From an archaeon (lineage in GTDB: Archaea > Nanobdellota > Nanobdellia > Pacearchaeales > GW2011-AR1): 64,000 bases of DNA. Below the pieces are notes generated by a model. The model ran no database searches, was not told where the DNA came from, and was given only the letters and a program-made list of their open reading frames with translations. Location of the stretch: positions 2,375-66,374 of the forward strand of contig JAUWIJ010000005.1 in NCBI GenBank assembly GCA_030605415.1, read 5' to 3'. The translations under genes were made by a program, and so were the position numbers. This document shows positions 22,224 through 31,845 of the stretch, piece after piece (the first letter of the stretch is position 1; each line of letters opens with the position of its first letter).

Positions 22224-23105
22224 ATGATAGAACTGTTTATGAAACCAAAAAAGGCTGAGAGGCGGCCGTGGGAAATGTTTTTTGTAGGTTTAATTTGGGC
22301 GTCGATTTCTTTGCTGTTCGTAACATTTGTTTTCGGGAAGGATTCAATTTTGAAAGAAGGATCGGGACTATTGGTCGTGATTTTTACTGTGATGAGTTGT
22401 TTGCCGTTTATGTATTATATTATCAAGTTAGAGGAAGGGAAAGATATTGAGATTAATGATTCGGGTAAATTAATTAAGGAACACTCGAAGGCAATTCATG
22501 CTATGATGTGGATGTTTCTCGGGTTTGTTATTGCTTTTTCGTTTTGGTATCTTGTTCCTTCTTTTCAGGTTGGACCTTTTGCTTTTGATATAGATCATGG
22601 GCAAACTTTTAATTTTCAGATAAAAACTTTTTGTGCGATTAATAGTCCGTCCAATTATGATTACTGTATTGAGCAACACGGGATTCCTGCTGGAACTGGG
22701 GCGGTCACCAAGAGTAGTAGCACTTTGAGAATTTTTGCCAACAATATTTACGTTTTAATTTTTACCATTTTATTTTCGTTGGTGTTTGGGGCGGGGGCGA
22801 TTTTCATTTTGGTCTGGAATGCGTCGGTGATTGCGGCGGCGATTGGTATTTTTGCCAAAGGAAGTCTGGCTAGTTTGCCTATGGGAGTTTTGCGATATAT
22901 GATTCATGGAATTCCCGAGATTTCAGCGTATTTTGTCGGGGCATTGGCTGGTGGGATTGTTTCGGTGGCTGTGATTAGAAAGGATTTAAGAGGGGAGGGA
23001 ACATGGAAAATACTACAGGATTCGTTACTGATGGTTATTATTGCGATTGGGATTTTGGTTGTGGCGGCATTGATGGAAGTGTATTTGACTCCGCTTCTTT
23101 TTTAG
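22224..23105 (+). CDS. SpoIIM/DUF95-family integral membrane protein
   Basis: Multi-TM protein with LRYMIHGIPEISAYFVGALAGG, characteristic of the stage II sporulation M-like family. Confidence 0.55.
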   Translation: MIELFMKPKKAERRPWEMFFVGLIWASISLLFVTFVFGKDSILKEGSGLLVVIFTVMSCLPFMYYIIKLEEGKDIEINDSGKLIKEHSKAIHAMMWMFLGFVIAFSFWYLVPSFQVGPFAFDIDHGQTFNFQIKTFCAINSPSNYDYCIEQHGIPAGTGAVTKSSSTLRIFANNIYVLIFTILFSLVFGAGAIFILVWNASVIAAAIGIFAKGSLASLPMGVLRYMIHGIPEISAYFVGALAGGIVSVAVIRKDLRGEGTWKILQDSLLMVIIAIGILVVAALMEVYLTPLLF

Positions 23106-23176
23106 ATACCATGTTGGATATGGCACAAGAACCTGTAAACAGGTATATTTTTAAGTTGTGATTTGTAAAGTAGGTT

Positions 23177-24172
23177 ATGGAATATTTGCTTGTGATTTCG
23201 GTGTTGGTTAGTTTTTTATTAACCGTGTTGCTTTTGCCTAAATGGATTAAGACTTGTCGGAAGATTGGTTTGGTTTGGGAGGATATGAATAAGTTTGGGC
23301 ATCCTAAAAATGTTGCGGCGTCTGGCGGAATTGTGGTCATTATGGCTTTTGTGTTCGGTGTTTTGACTTATGTTGCTTTGAAAACTTTTGTTTTTGGCGG
23401 AACGGTCAGGGCACTGGAAATTTTTGCTTTACTTAGTGTTATTTTGATTTTGGGAATTGTTGGTTTGACTGATGATTTACTTGGATGGAGAAACAAGGGA
23501 TTGTCTGTGAGGATTAGATTGTTGTTGGCGACGACTGCATCGATACCTTTGGTTGTAATTAATGCCGGAACTCATTTGATGGTTTTGCCGTTTATTGGCT
23601 CGGTTAATTTTGGAATATTGTATCCGCTGATTTTGATTCCGCTGGGAATTGTCGGGGCTGGAACAACTTATAATTTTTTAGCTGGATTTAATGGACTTGA
23701 GTCTGGACAGGGAATTTTAATTTTGAGTTTTTTGTCTTTTGTGGCTTACGTTACGGGTTCACCATGGTTGGCAGCTGTCGGACTTTGTATGGTAGCGTCG
23801 CTGATTGGGTTTTATTATTTTAATAAAGTTCCTGCGAAAGTTTTCCCCGGAGATATTGTGACTTATTCTATTGGAGCTTTGATTGCGGGAATGGCTATTC
23901 TTGGAAATTTCGAGAAAATTGCGTTCGTTGTTTTTATCCCTTATATTTTCGAGGTTGTTTTGAAATTGCGTGGTGGGCTGGAAAAACATTCGTTTGGGGT
24001 TCCTGATAAAAATGGGAATTTAAGTTTGCCTTATGATAAGAGAATTTACGGGCTTACGCATTTGGCAATTAAAATTTTGAATAAGTTTGGCAAGGCGACG
24101 GAAAGGAAGGTGACTTACTTGATTCACGCGTTCCAGATATTGTTTATTTTGATTGCGTTTGTGATGCTTTGA
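23177..24172 (+). CDS. glycosyltransferase family 4 (UDP-HexNAc:dolichyl-phosphate HexNAc-1-P transferase, AglH/WecA/MraY-like)
   Basis: GLTDDLLGW and NFLAGFNGLESGQG motifs; about 10 TM segments. Confidence 0.8.
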   Translation: MEYLLVISVLVSFLLTVLLLPKWIKTCRKIGLVWEDMNKFGHPKNVAASGGIVVIMAFVFGVLTYVALKTFVFGGTVRALEIFALLSVILILGIVGLTDDLLGWRNKGLSVRIRLLLATTASIPLVVINAGTHLMVLPFIGSVNFGILYPLILIPLGIVGAGTTYNFLAGFNGLESGQGILILSFLSFVAYVTGSPWLAAVGLCMVASLIGFYYFNKVPAKVFPGDIVTYSIGALIAGMAILGNFEKIAFVVFIPYIFEVVLKLRGGLEKHSFGVPDKNGNLSLPYDKRIYGLTHLAIKILNKFGKATERKVTYLIHAFQILFILIAFVML

Positions 24173-24177
24173 ATTTT

Positions 24178-24258
24178 AAGAACTGGAAATTCAAAGCAGA
24201 ACTCAGGTCGTTTCACTCTTAGAGCTGAGAACTTAGAGGGAGAGGGGAATTCTGGGGA
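24178..24258. repeat. mosaic repeat (GAGAACT-type words, degenerate CGCTTCGCT motif)
   Basis: CAGAACTCAGGTCGTTTCACTCTTAGAGCTGAGAACTTAGAGGGAGAGGGG parallels 43095-43125. Confidence 0.7.
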
Positions 24259-24262
24259 AAAC

Positions 24263-24355
24263 CTTGTTTGCACAATCTGTCATATACGCTTTTCCATCAG
24301 ATGATTTCATTTTCAGTTGTACGATATTATCGTACAACTGAGAACCTTCTTTCAT
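24263..24355 (-). pseudogene. fragment of a DinD/Bro-N-like gene (paralog of 39499..40326)
   Basis: My translation MKEGSQLYDNIVQLKMKSSDGKAYMTDCANK aligns with KEGSQLVTNCNQLKLKAPDGKYYLTDVGTTK of the intact gene. It runs into the repeat and stops. Confidence 0.65.
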
Positions 24356-24471
24356 AAGTTTCTAATAATGCTTCTTGGTTTAAATAGATATCTCGTTTGG
24401 TGAGTTTAGTTTTGGAAATGAAGAATATTGATGGCAACAAGTTTTTTAAAGAAGAATCAATATAGGATTTT

Positions 24472-27180
24472 ATGGAATATAGTGAAGTGAAAAAAATTGG
24501 TTTGGATATTGTATCTAATAAAAAATATCAATGGATTGCGACTTTTGCTGTTTTGTTTATTGTGTTGATGATGAGTTCTTCGATTCGACTTTCTAATTGG
24601 GATTTGTTGACTGATTCGACGACGGGTGAGAAAATTCCTTTGGCTTTGGATCCATTTTATTTTTTAAGAGTTGCTGAAACAATTGTTGAAACTGATGGGG
24701 CGATGCCCGAGTTTGATGAGATGCGATATGTTGCGGGGAGTGATACTCCGTGGCATCCCGAGATTATGCCACAAGTTGTAGTTGGTATGTGGAAGATTGC
24801 GAATGTTTTTGGGAATTATACATTGAGGGAAGTTAATGTTTTTTCTCCGGTTTTGTTTTATGGGATTGGTTTGATTTTGTTTTTTATTCTGGTTTATGTT
24901 TTAACTAATAGTAAATTCGCTGGAGTTTTGGCTTCGACGTTTTTGGCTTTTACTCCGGCTTATCTTTATAGGACAATGGCTGGGTTTTCGGATCATGAGG
25001 CGATTGGTATGGTTGCGTTTTTTGGTGCGATAATTGTCTTCTCTGTTGCTTTGATATGGATTGAAAAGAAAAGGTGTGGATTGTGGTGTGCTGGAATTTC
25101 CGGGATTGCTGTTTCTTTAGTTACACTTTTTACTTACGCATCCTGGTCTGGAGTTACCTCTTTTTTGTTTATTATTATTCCTGTGAGTTTTTTCTTGTTT
25201 TGGATATTTAAGACTCAGGGTGGTGAGGATATAAAAAAATTTGCGTGGAAGGGGGTCTTGTTTTATATTTGTTGGATTGTTTTTAGTTTGCTACTTGCTC
25301 CTTTATTTAATAGAACTATTGGAAATGTTTGGAGTTTATTTTTGGGATCTACTAATATTATGTCGCTTGCTATTCTCGGGTTTATTGTTATAGATTTTGC
25401 TATAATTTTTATGAAACCTGATTTTATTAAAAAGAATTTTAGAATTTTGTATGGCTTGGGTGTTTCTGCTGTTATTGGGTTTATTGGTTTGTTTGCTATG
25501 GGAAGGAATCCTTTTTCTTTAATTTTTGGTATGATTGCTCGTTTAATTAGACCTTTTGGGTCTGGTAGATTTGGAACTACTGTCGCTGAGAATGCTCAGC
25601 CTTTTTTACAAGATTGGATTGGCACTGTTGGCTCTCAGATATTTTGGTTGTTTTTGTTTGGATCGATTTTTTTTGGAGTTTATTTAGCTCGAAAGATTAA
25701 GAATGTTAAACGGTCTATTATTCTTGGAGCTTTGTATGTGTTTATGATTATTGGGATTGTGTTTTCTAAATATTCTGCTTCTAGTGTTTTTAATGGCACT
25801 AATTTTATTAGTCAGGCGTTTTATATTATCTCGCTTTTTGCTTTTTGGGGTTATCTCTTTTATGTTTATTCACATGAGAAGTTTGAGTGGAATGCTAGAG
25901 ATGTTGTGATTTTTGGTATTTTGTTTTATACTATTGTTGCGGGTCGTGCGGCGGTTAGGGTGTTTTTTGCGATTACTCCGTTTGTTTGTTTTTTTGCTGC
26001 TTATTTTGTTATAAAAATGTATTCTGAGTGGCGAAATTCTAAGGAAGAAATATTAAAGATTGTTTTAGGAATTTTGCTTATTATTAGTTTAATTGCTTCT
26101 TGTTTCACTATTTATTCTTCTTATGAGGTTAGTACTTCTACTGCCGAAAGAACTGGTCCTTCAGCGAATGCTCAGTGGCAGGGTGCGATGAGTTGGGTTA
26201 GGAATAATACCAGTGAGACTTCAGTTTTTGCTCATTGGTGGGATTATGGATATTGGGTTCAAACGCTTGGAGAGAGAGCTACGATAGCTGATGGTGGGCA
26301 CTTCCAGGGTGCTGAGGACGGAAATCACAAAATTGGTAGATATGTTTTGACTACTACTAATCCAGAAAGTGCACTTTCTTACTTTAAGAGTATGGGAGTT
26401 AGTCATTTGTTGATTTATCAGACTGATTTGGGAAAATATCCTGCTTACTCAAAGATTGGTGGAGGCGAGGGAGAAAGTGAGTTTGATAGATATTCTGCGA
26501 TTCCCGTTATGTTAGCTGACGATAAACAAACCCGAGAAACTGCAAACGGGACAATGATTGTTTTTAGTGGTGGCTCTTATTTGTTCGAGGATATTATTTA
26601 TAATGATAATGGCAAAGATGTGTTTTTGCCTGCAGGGAAGGCGGCGGTCGTTGGAATTATTGTTAATTTGGTCCTCAACGGACATGACTCTGGTGAGCCC
26701 GAAGGAGTGATAATTAAGCAGCCCGAGGCGGTTTATATCTATAATAATATTCAGACACGAATTCCTGTCAGGTATATTTACATCAACGGCGAACTTGTCG
26801 ATTTTAAGAGTGGGCTGGATGTGATTATTGATATTATTCCTGCCTTCAGCGGAAGTTCAATGAATCAGGTGGGTGCGGCGATTTATTTGTCTCAGAAGGT
26901 ATCTAAGAGCTTGTTTGCACGGTTGTTTTTGTTGGATGATGTGTTTGGCGAATACGAGACTCTTGAACTTGTACACAGTGAGGATAGTCCTGTTGTTGCG
27001 AGCTTGAAAGGTCAGAGTGCTATGGTCGGTGACTTTGTTTATTATCAGGGATTTAGGGGTCCGATAAAAATTTGGGATGTCTCAGAAATTCCTGAGGAAA
27101 TTAAAGTTGTGCCTGAGTTTAGGGATAAAAACTATATAGCTAGAAATGGGTTTGGAAGTTTGGATGGGTTGTTTGGATAA
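24472..27180 (+). CDS. aglB: oligosaccharyltransferase AglB (STT3 family)
   Basis: 13-TM N-terminal domain, WWDYGYW motif (HWWDYGYWVQT), 902 aa. Confidence 0.92.
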   Translation: MEYSEVKKIGLDIVSNKKYQWIATFAVLFIVLMMSSSIRLSNWDLLTDSTTGEKIPLALDPFYFLRVAETIVETDGAMPEFDEMRYVAGSDTPWHPEIMPQVVVGMWKIANVFGNYTLREVNVFSPVLFYGIGLILFFILVYVLTNSKFAGVLASTFLAFTPAYLYRTMAGFSDHEAIGMVAFFGAIIVFSVALIWIEKKRCGLWCAGISGIAVSLVTLFTYASWSGVTSFLFIIIPVSFFLFWIFKTQGGEDIKKFAWKGVLFYICWIVFSLLLAPLFNRTIGNVWSLFLGSTNIMSLAILGFIVIDFAIIFMKPDFIKKNFRILYGLGVSAVIGFIGLFAMGRNPFSLIFGMIARLIRPFGSGRFGTTVAENAQPFLQDWIGTVGSQIFWLFLFGSIFFGVYLARKIKNVKRSIILGALYVFMIIGIVFSKYSASSVFNGTNFISQAFYIISLFAFWGYLFYVYSHEKFEWNARDVVIFGILFYTIVAGRAAVRVFFAITPFVCFFAAYFVIKMYSEWRNSKEEILKIVLGILLIISLIASCFTIYSSYEVSTSTAERTGPSANAQWQGAMSWVRNNTSETSVFAHWWDYGYWVQTLGERATIADGGHFQGAEDGNHKIGRYVLTTTNPESALSYFKSMGVSHLLIYQTDLGKYPAYSKIGGGEGESEFDRYSAIPVMLADDKQTRETANGTMIVFSGGSYLFEDIIYNDNGKDVFLPAGKAAVVGIIVNLVLNGHDSGEPEGVIIKQPEAVYIYNNIQTRIPVRYIYINGELVDFKSGLDVIIDIIPAFSGSSMNQVGAAIYLSQKVSKSLFARLFLLDDVFGEYETLELVHSEDSPVVASLKGQSAMVGDFVYYQGFRGPIKIWDVSEIPEEIKVVPEFRDKNYIARNGFGSLDGLFG

Positions 27181-27182
27181 AG

Positions 27183-28205
27183 TTATTTTTTAGAAATTTT
27201 ATTTAGAAATTTAATTAACTCTTTTTGTTTATTTTTTATACACGTTTTGTTGTTATCTGTAAACCAGTTTCTTAATAAAAATTCTTTGTATTTTTCATCA
27301 TCTTTATCTAATTGGATTATTTTTTTTATCATTTTGAAGTAACTTTTTCCGCAATCTTCATAATTAATGAAGGACTTCGTGTTGAAATATTTTAATATGT
27401 TCGGGGCGCCTCTATAGATTGGAATTGAATTTGCTAACATTGTGTTTGGAAGTTTTTCTGTAATATACTCTTCTTCAAAAGAATTTTCGAAGTTTATGAC
27501 AAATTTGTACCGGGAGAGGAATTTCGGATTTTCCGTCCAGCATTTTGGAAGTAGAGAATTGTCTGAATTCGTTAGGGATGTTTTTCCGAAACAGTCTACT
27601 TTTTTGTATTTTGATAGTTGTTTGAAGAAGTCAATTCTTTCGAAAGAAGATTCGTTAGATATTATTATACAGCAAAACTTTCTCTTTTTGTTCATGTCTA
27701 TGATTTTCTTTTTCTCTAATTTATTTAGGTTGTCGGTTATTTGTTTGACTTGTAGGAAAAAGGGAAGATTTAGAATATTTTTTCCTTTTATATTATTGGT
27801 TATTATGGCATATTCTCCCTTTGAGGAATTGTTGGCTATTTCTTTTATGTAGTTGTAATATTGTTTTCTTATTAGCCCTAGTTTTATATTTAGGAATTTT
27901 CTGGGGAGTGTTTTATTTAGTATGTTGAATTTTATGGAAGTTTTTTTTGTTAGATATTCTATAGCTTTGAAGATGTTGATTTTGTAGTTTAAGTTTTCTC
28001 CTGCGACTAGGATTTTTTTTGGGGAGACCTTAAATTCTTTTGTTAAGGGGGTTGGTTCTACTAGACCAATTGTTATGTCTGGATTTGTTTTAACTTTTTT
28101 TAGGTTGTGGGTTTTTGAAAGGATGTTTGTTAGGAAGTAATCTTTTAGTTTCCAGTGAAATTCGGCTCTAACTTTAATTTCTTTTTTCATATCTAAATGT
28201 AGCAA
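27183..28205 (-). CDS. glycosyltransferase family 10 (alpha-1,3/4-fucosyltransferase-like)
   Basis: KFCCIIISNESSFERIDFF, YKFVINFENSFEEEYITEKL and IPIYRG motifs. Confidence 0.75.
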   Translation of the reverse strand: MLHLDMKKEIKVRAEFHWKLKDYFLTNILSKTHNLKKVKTNPDITIGLVEPTPLTKEFKVSPKKILVAGENLNYKINIFKAIEYLTKKTSIKFNILNKTLPRKFLNIKLGLIRKQYYNYIKEIANNSSKGEYAIITNNIKGKNILNLPFFLQVKQITDNLNKLEKKKIIDMNKKRKFCCIIISNESSFERIDFFKQLSKYKKVDCFGKTSLTNSDNSLLPKCWTENPKFLSRYKFVINFENSFEEEYITEKLPNTMLANSIPIYRGAPNILKYFNTKSFINYEDCGKSYFKMIKKIIQLDKDDEKYKEFLLRNWFTDNNKTCIKNKQKELIKFLNKISKK

Positions 28206-28300
28206 TATTGGTTTAAATTATTTTAGGAATGATTTTAACCACTGGGTTACTTAAAAAATAAGGTACAAATAATTATAAACTGGATTTTATAGATTGAAAC

Positions 28301-29325
28301 ATGAACATAGTTACAAAAGTTATAGGAAAACTTTATAAAAATTTCAATGTCCTTATATATTCCTTGTTTATAAGTACTCAGACAAAGGTTAATGCTTCTA
28401 AGTCTTTTTTCATATGGCATAGGGCCATAGCAATTTCATGTGGAGTTTATCCAATATATTTTCCAAAAAGAAGAGAGATTACTGATACCTTCTTGGGTAA
28501 CATGTTTTTGTTAACGCGGTTTTTTGTGTGGATGAGTTATAGGAATATTAATGAAAAATTAAGAAAAAACAATTCTGTCTATGTTAGCTTAACTGAAATG
28601 GAAACTTTTACAAGAAGGGTTCTTCCCAAGATAAAAATTCCATTTGTTTTGGTGACTGGTGATTCGGATTATTCAACATCTAAATTTAAAGAAATTTTGA
28701 ATAATAAATATCTGCTTCATTGGTTTGCCCAAAATAATGATATTGATAGCGACAAGACTACTGCTCTTCCAATAGGTTTAGATTTGCAATCTTTAGTTAC
28801 ACAACCTTGGACTGGAGAGAAAATGAAAAGTGCTTTTGTTCAAGAAAATATACTCAATGATATTATTCAAAAGGATTCTAAAAAGAGACTTAAGATTTTT
28901 TCTAATTTCCAGTTAAGCAATACAAACCCTCGGAGAAAAGAATTATATAACCTGCTAAAAAACAATTCAATATATATTTTCAAAAAACTAGAATGCCCAG
29001 AACTAAAATGTGGAAGATTCAGGAGAAATTTGCTTTTAATCTTTCTCCTATTGGAAATGGATCAGATTGTATTAGGACTTGGGAATCTTTGTTGCTAAAA
29101 CAAATACCAATAGTAGAAAAAATAAATATTCCGATGGATAATCTACACCGACAGTTTCCTGTTGTGATTATTAATGATGTTTCTGAGATTAATGAAAAAA
29201 ATTTAAAAAGGTGGCATGAGAAGTATTCTAAAATGTTCACTTCAGAGATAAGGAAGAAATTGACTAATGAATATTGGATTAGTTTGATAAAAGAAAAACA
29301 AAGTATGTTTAATCTTTCAAATTAA
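28301..29325 (+). pseudogene. glycosyltransferase-like gene split by a frameshift near 28985-29000
   Basis: ORFs 28301..29098 and 28993..29325 overlap in different frames. The second continues a plausible single protein (KFAFNLSPIGNGSDCIRTWESLLLKQIPIV). An A-run lies at 28982-28987. Confidence 0.5.
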
Positions 29326-29370
29326 ATATATTATGATAATCTTTATAATACCTAAAGAACTGTTTTTTCT

Positions 29371-30555
29371 ATGAATAAAATAAAACTCATTAAATCTACT
29401 TTCTTAAGAGAACAGGATACAAAGGAGCGTCTATGTAATTTTATAAAGGATGCCTGTGTTTTAAGTATGGGTTCAGAATGTCGTAAGTTTGAAGAGAAAT
29501 TTTCATTAAAACAGGGAGTAAAATACTCTGTTTTTGTTACTAATGGAAGTTGTGCGAACCTCTTATTGATTCAAGTTATGTTAAACATGGGCAAATTAAA
29601 AAAAGATGACAAAGTTTTTATTTCCGGATTAACATGGGCAACAAATATAATGCCTATAATTCAACTAGGATTAGTACCTATTTTAATAGATGTTGAGAAA
29701 GAAACTTTTAATGTGTCTTCCAATATATTAAAAAAAAGTTATGAAAATAACAAAGATATAAAATGCCTTTTTCTAACAAATGCTTTGGGATTTTGTTCAG
29801 ACATTGATAATATAAAAAAATTTTGTGAAGAAAAAGATATCTTATTTTTAGAAGATAATTGTGAATCTTTGGGATCTGAATACAAACAGATTAAACTCGG
29901 TAATTTTGGTCTTGCTTCTACTTTCTCTTTTTTTGTTGGACATCATATATCAACCATAGAAGGTGGAATGATTTGCACAAATGACGAAGATTTATATGAA
30001 AATTTGAAACTTGCAAGAGCTCATGGATGGACTCGTAATAATTCGAACAAATTTAAAGAAAATATGAAATCTAAGTTTAGTATTAATAATTTCTATAATA
30101 CCTATGCTTTTTATGATCTAGCGTACAATTTTAGACCAACAGAAATTAATGGCTTCATTGGGAACCTACAAATAAATTATTGGGATGAAATTGTCAACAA
30201 GAGGGAATGTAATTTTAATAAATTTAATGAGGCGGCTTTAACAAATGACGATATTTTAAAATTGAAAATAGATAACTTAAATATTGTTTCTAATTTTGGC
30301 TTCCCTTTGTTATTTAGGGATAAAATAAAGTTCGAAAAATATAGAGATTTATTTATAAAAAACGAAATAGAAATTCGGCCTATAATTGGCGGAGATATTT
30401 CAAAGCAACCATTTTTTAGAAAATGGGTTGATTCTATTGAAGATTTTCCTAATATTAGTGACATACATGTAAATGGATTTTACTTTGGCAATAATCCTGA
30501 GATGAACGATGAGGAAATTGGAAGGATTGTAAAATTATTAAAGGTTACACAATGA
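29371..30555 (+). CDS. colD: PLP-dependent sugar 3-dehydratase of the DegT/ColD/E1 type (GDP-4-keto-6-deoxy-D-mannose 3-dehydratase-like)
   Basis: LEDNCESLGS and FFVGHHISTIEGGMICTNDEDLYENLKLARAHGWTRN. His-His replaces the usual Schiff-base Lys as in ColD/E1. EIRPIIGG also present. Confidence 0.7.
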   Translation: MNKIKLIKSTFLREQDTKERLCNFIKDACVLSMGSECRKFEEKFSLKQGVKYSVFVTNGSCANLLLIQVMLNMGKLKKDDKVFISGLTWATNIMPIIQLGLVPILIDVEKETFNVSSNILKKSYENNKDIKCLFLTNALGFCSDIDNIKKFCEEKDILFLEDNCESLGSEYKQIKLGNFGLASTFSFFVGHHISTIEGGMICTNDEDLYENLKLARAHGWTRNNSNKFKENMKSKFSINNFYNTYAFYDLAYNFRPTEINGFIGNLQINYWDEIVNKRECNFNKFNEAALTNDDILKLKIDNLNIVSNFGFPLLFRDKIKFEKYRDLFIKNEIEIRPIIGGDISKQPFFRKWVDSIEDFPNISDIHVNGFYFGNNPEMNDEEIGRIVKLLKVTQ

Positions 30556-31814
30556 AATCCAAAATGATTGGAATTACTGGCGCTAACGGTATCTTGGGAA
30601 AATTAGTCATAAAAAGATTAAAGAGAAATAATTTAGAATATCGAAGTTTTAATGGAGATATTCGTTCTAAGAACGACATACGCGGATGGCTTAGTGAAAA
30701 TAGTTTTAATTTTATAATACATCTGGCAGCTATTGTTCCTACAGCAAAGGTAAAAGATAATCCCGAAAAGGCTTATGCTGTTAATGTTATTGGTACTAAA
30801 AATTTAGTTGAAGAGATAAAGCTCTCGAGACAAAACCCTTGGCTGTTTTACGCGAGTACTTCTCATGTTTACAGGAGTAAAGATTCTCCTATTAATGAGG
30901 ATGATAAAATTTATCCTGTTTCGGAATATGGTAAGACAAAATATGAAGCAGAGAATATGATTATTGAGCATTGTGATAATTTTTGTATCGGTAGGATTTT
31001 TAGTTTTTATCATGAGAGTCAAAAGAAACCCTTTTTGTATCCTAACATCAAGGAAAGATTGGAAAAAGAGGATTTGAATAAACCTTTTGAATTGTATGGT
31101 GACAAGATAAAATATATTCGAAGGGAAAAGGATTTTGGTCCTCATTTTTGTTGGTTAGAAGGGATACTTAATGCTGATGCTGAATTTGTTCATTTGCAGT
31201 TTGATGATGATTGGATTGATAAGAAGTTTATTGCGAAGTGCATGAAGTTGATGAGGGATGATGTTGGAGTTGTTATTGCGGATGCTTATGGGATGTTTAA
31301 ATTTAAGAAGATATTTGGTAAGACTGGGGTTTTTCTTCGGAAAACATTAGAGAAGAGATTGCTTAAGGGAGCGATGTATTCTCCTAGTGCTAGTTTCTTT
31401 AGGAAGAAGGATTTGATTGATGCGTTATATCAGGGAGAATTGCCTGTTTCAAAATATAAGGGTTATCATGGAGTTGGTCCGGATTCTTTTATGACACTAC
31501 TTGCTGTTTTGAGATATAAAAAAGTTGGAATAATTACAGATCATTTAGTATTTTTCCGAGAACACAAAGGATCAATAACTTGTGATGCTCATAGCGATCC
31601 TAAGAAATATATGCAGTTAAGGAATGCTTATGAAAATGTTTCTAGTTATTATATGTTTTTGAAGTGGTATTGGTTGTTTGATAAGTTTAAGTATTTTAGT
31701 TTTGGATTTTGGATTAGGGGATTTAAGCGAGTGGTGAGAATTGTATTGAAGAGGCTTGGATTGTTTGAATCTGCTAAAAAACTTATTGGGAAGATTAAAA
31801 GAGTGCTAAAATAA
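30552..31814 (+). CDS. NAD-dependent epimerase/dehydratase (SDR) domain fused to an uncharacterised C-terminal domain
   Basis: N-terminal GITGANGILG Rossmann motif and YGKTK catalytic motif. The C-terminal ~230 aa (HLQFDDDWID...) are unrelated to SDRs. Confidence 0.6.
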   Translation: MKSKMIGITGANGILGKLVIKRLKRNNLEYRSFNGDIRSKNDIRGWLSENSFNFIIHLAAIVPTAKVKDNPEKAYAVNVIGTKNLVEEIKLSRQNPWLFYASTSHVYRSKDSPINEDDKIYPVSEYGKTKYEAENMIIEHCDNFCIGRIFSFYHESQKKPFLYPNIKERLEKEDLNKPFELYGDKIKYIRREKDFGPHFCWLEGILNADAEFVHLQFDDDWIDKKFIAKCMKLMRDDVGVVIADAYGMFKFKKIFGKTGVFLRKTLEKRLLKGAMYSPSASFFRKKDLIDALYQGELPVSKYKGYHGVGPDSFMTLLAVLRYKKVGIITDHLVFFREHKGSITCDAHSDPKKYMQLRNAYENVSSYYMFLKWYWLFDKFKYFSFGFWIRGFKRVVRIVLKRLGLFESAKKLIGKIKRVLK

Positions 31815-31845
31815 TTAATATTATTAAGCCAAGGATTAAAATAAA

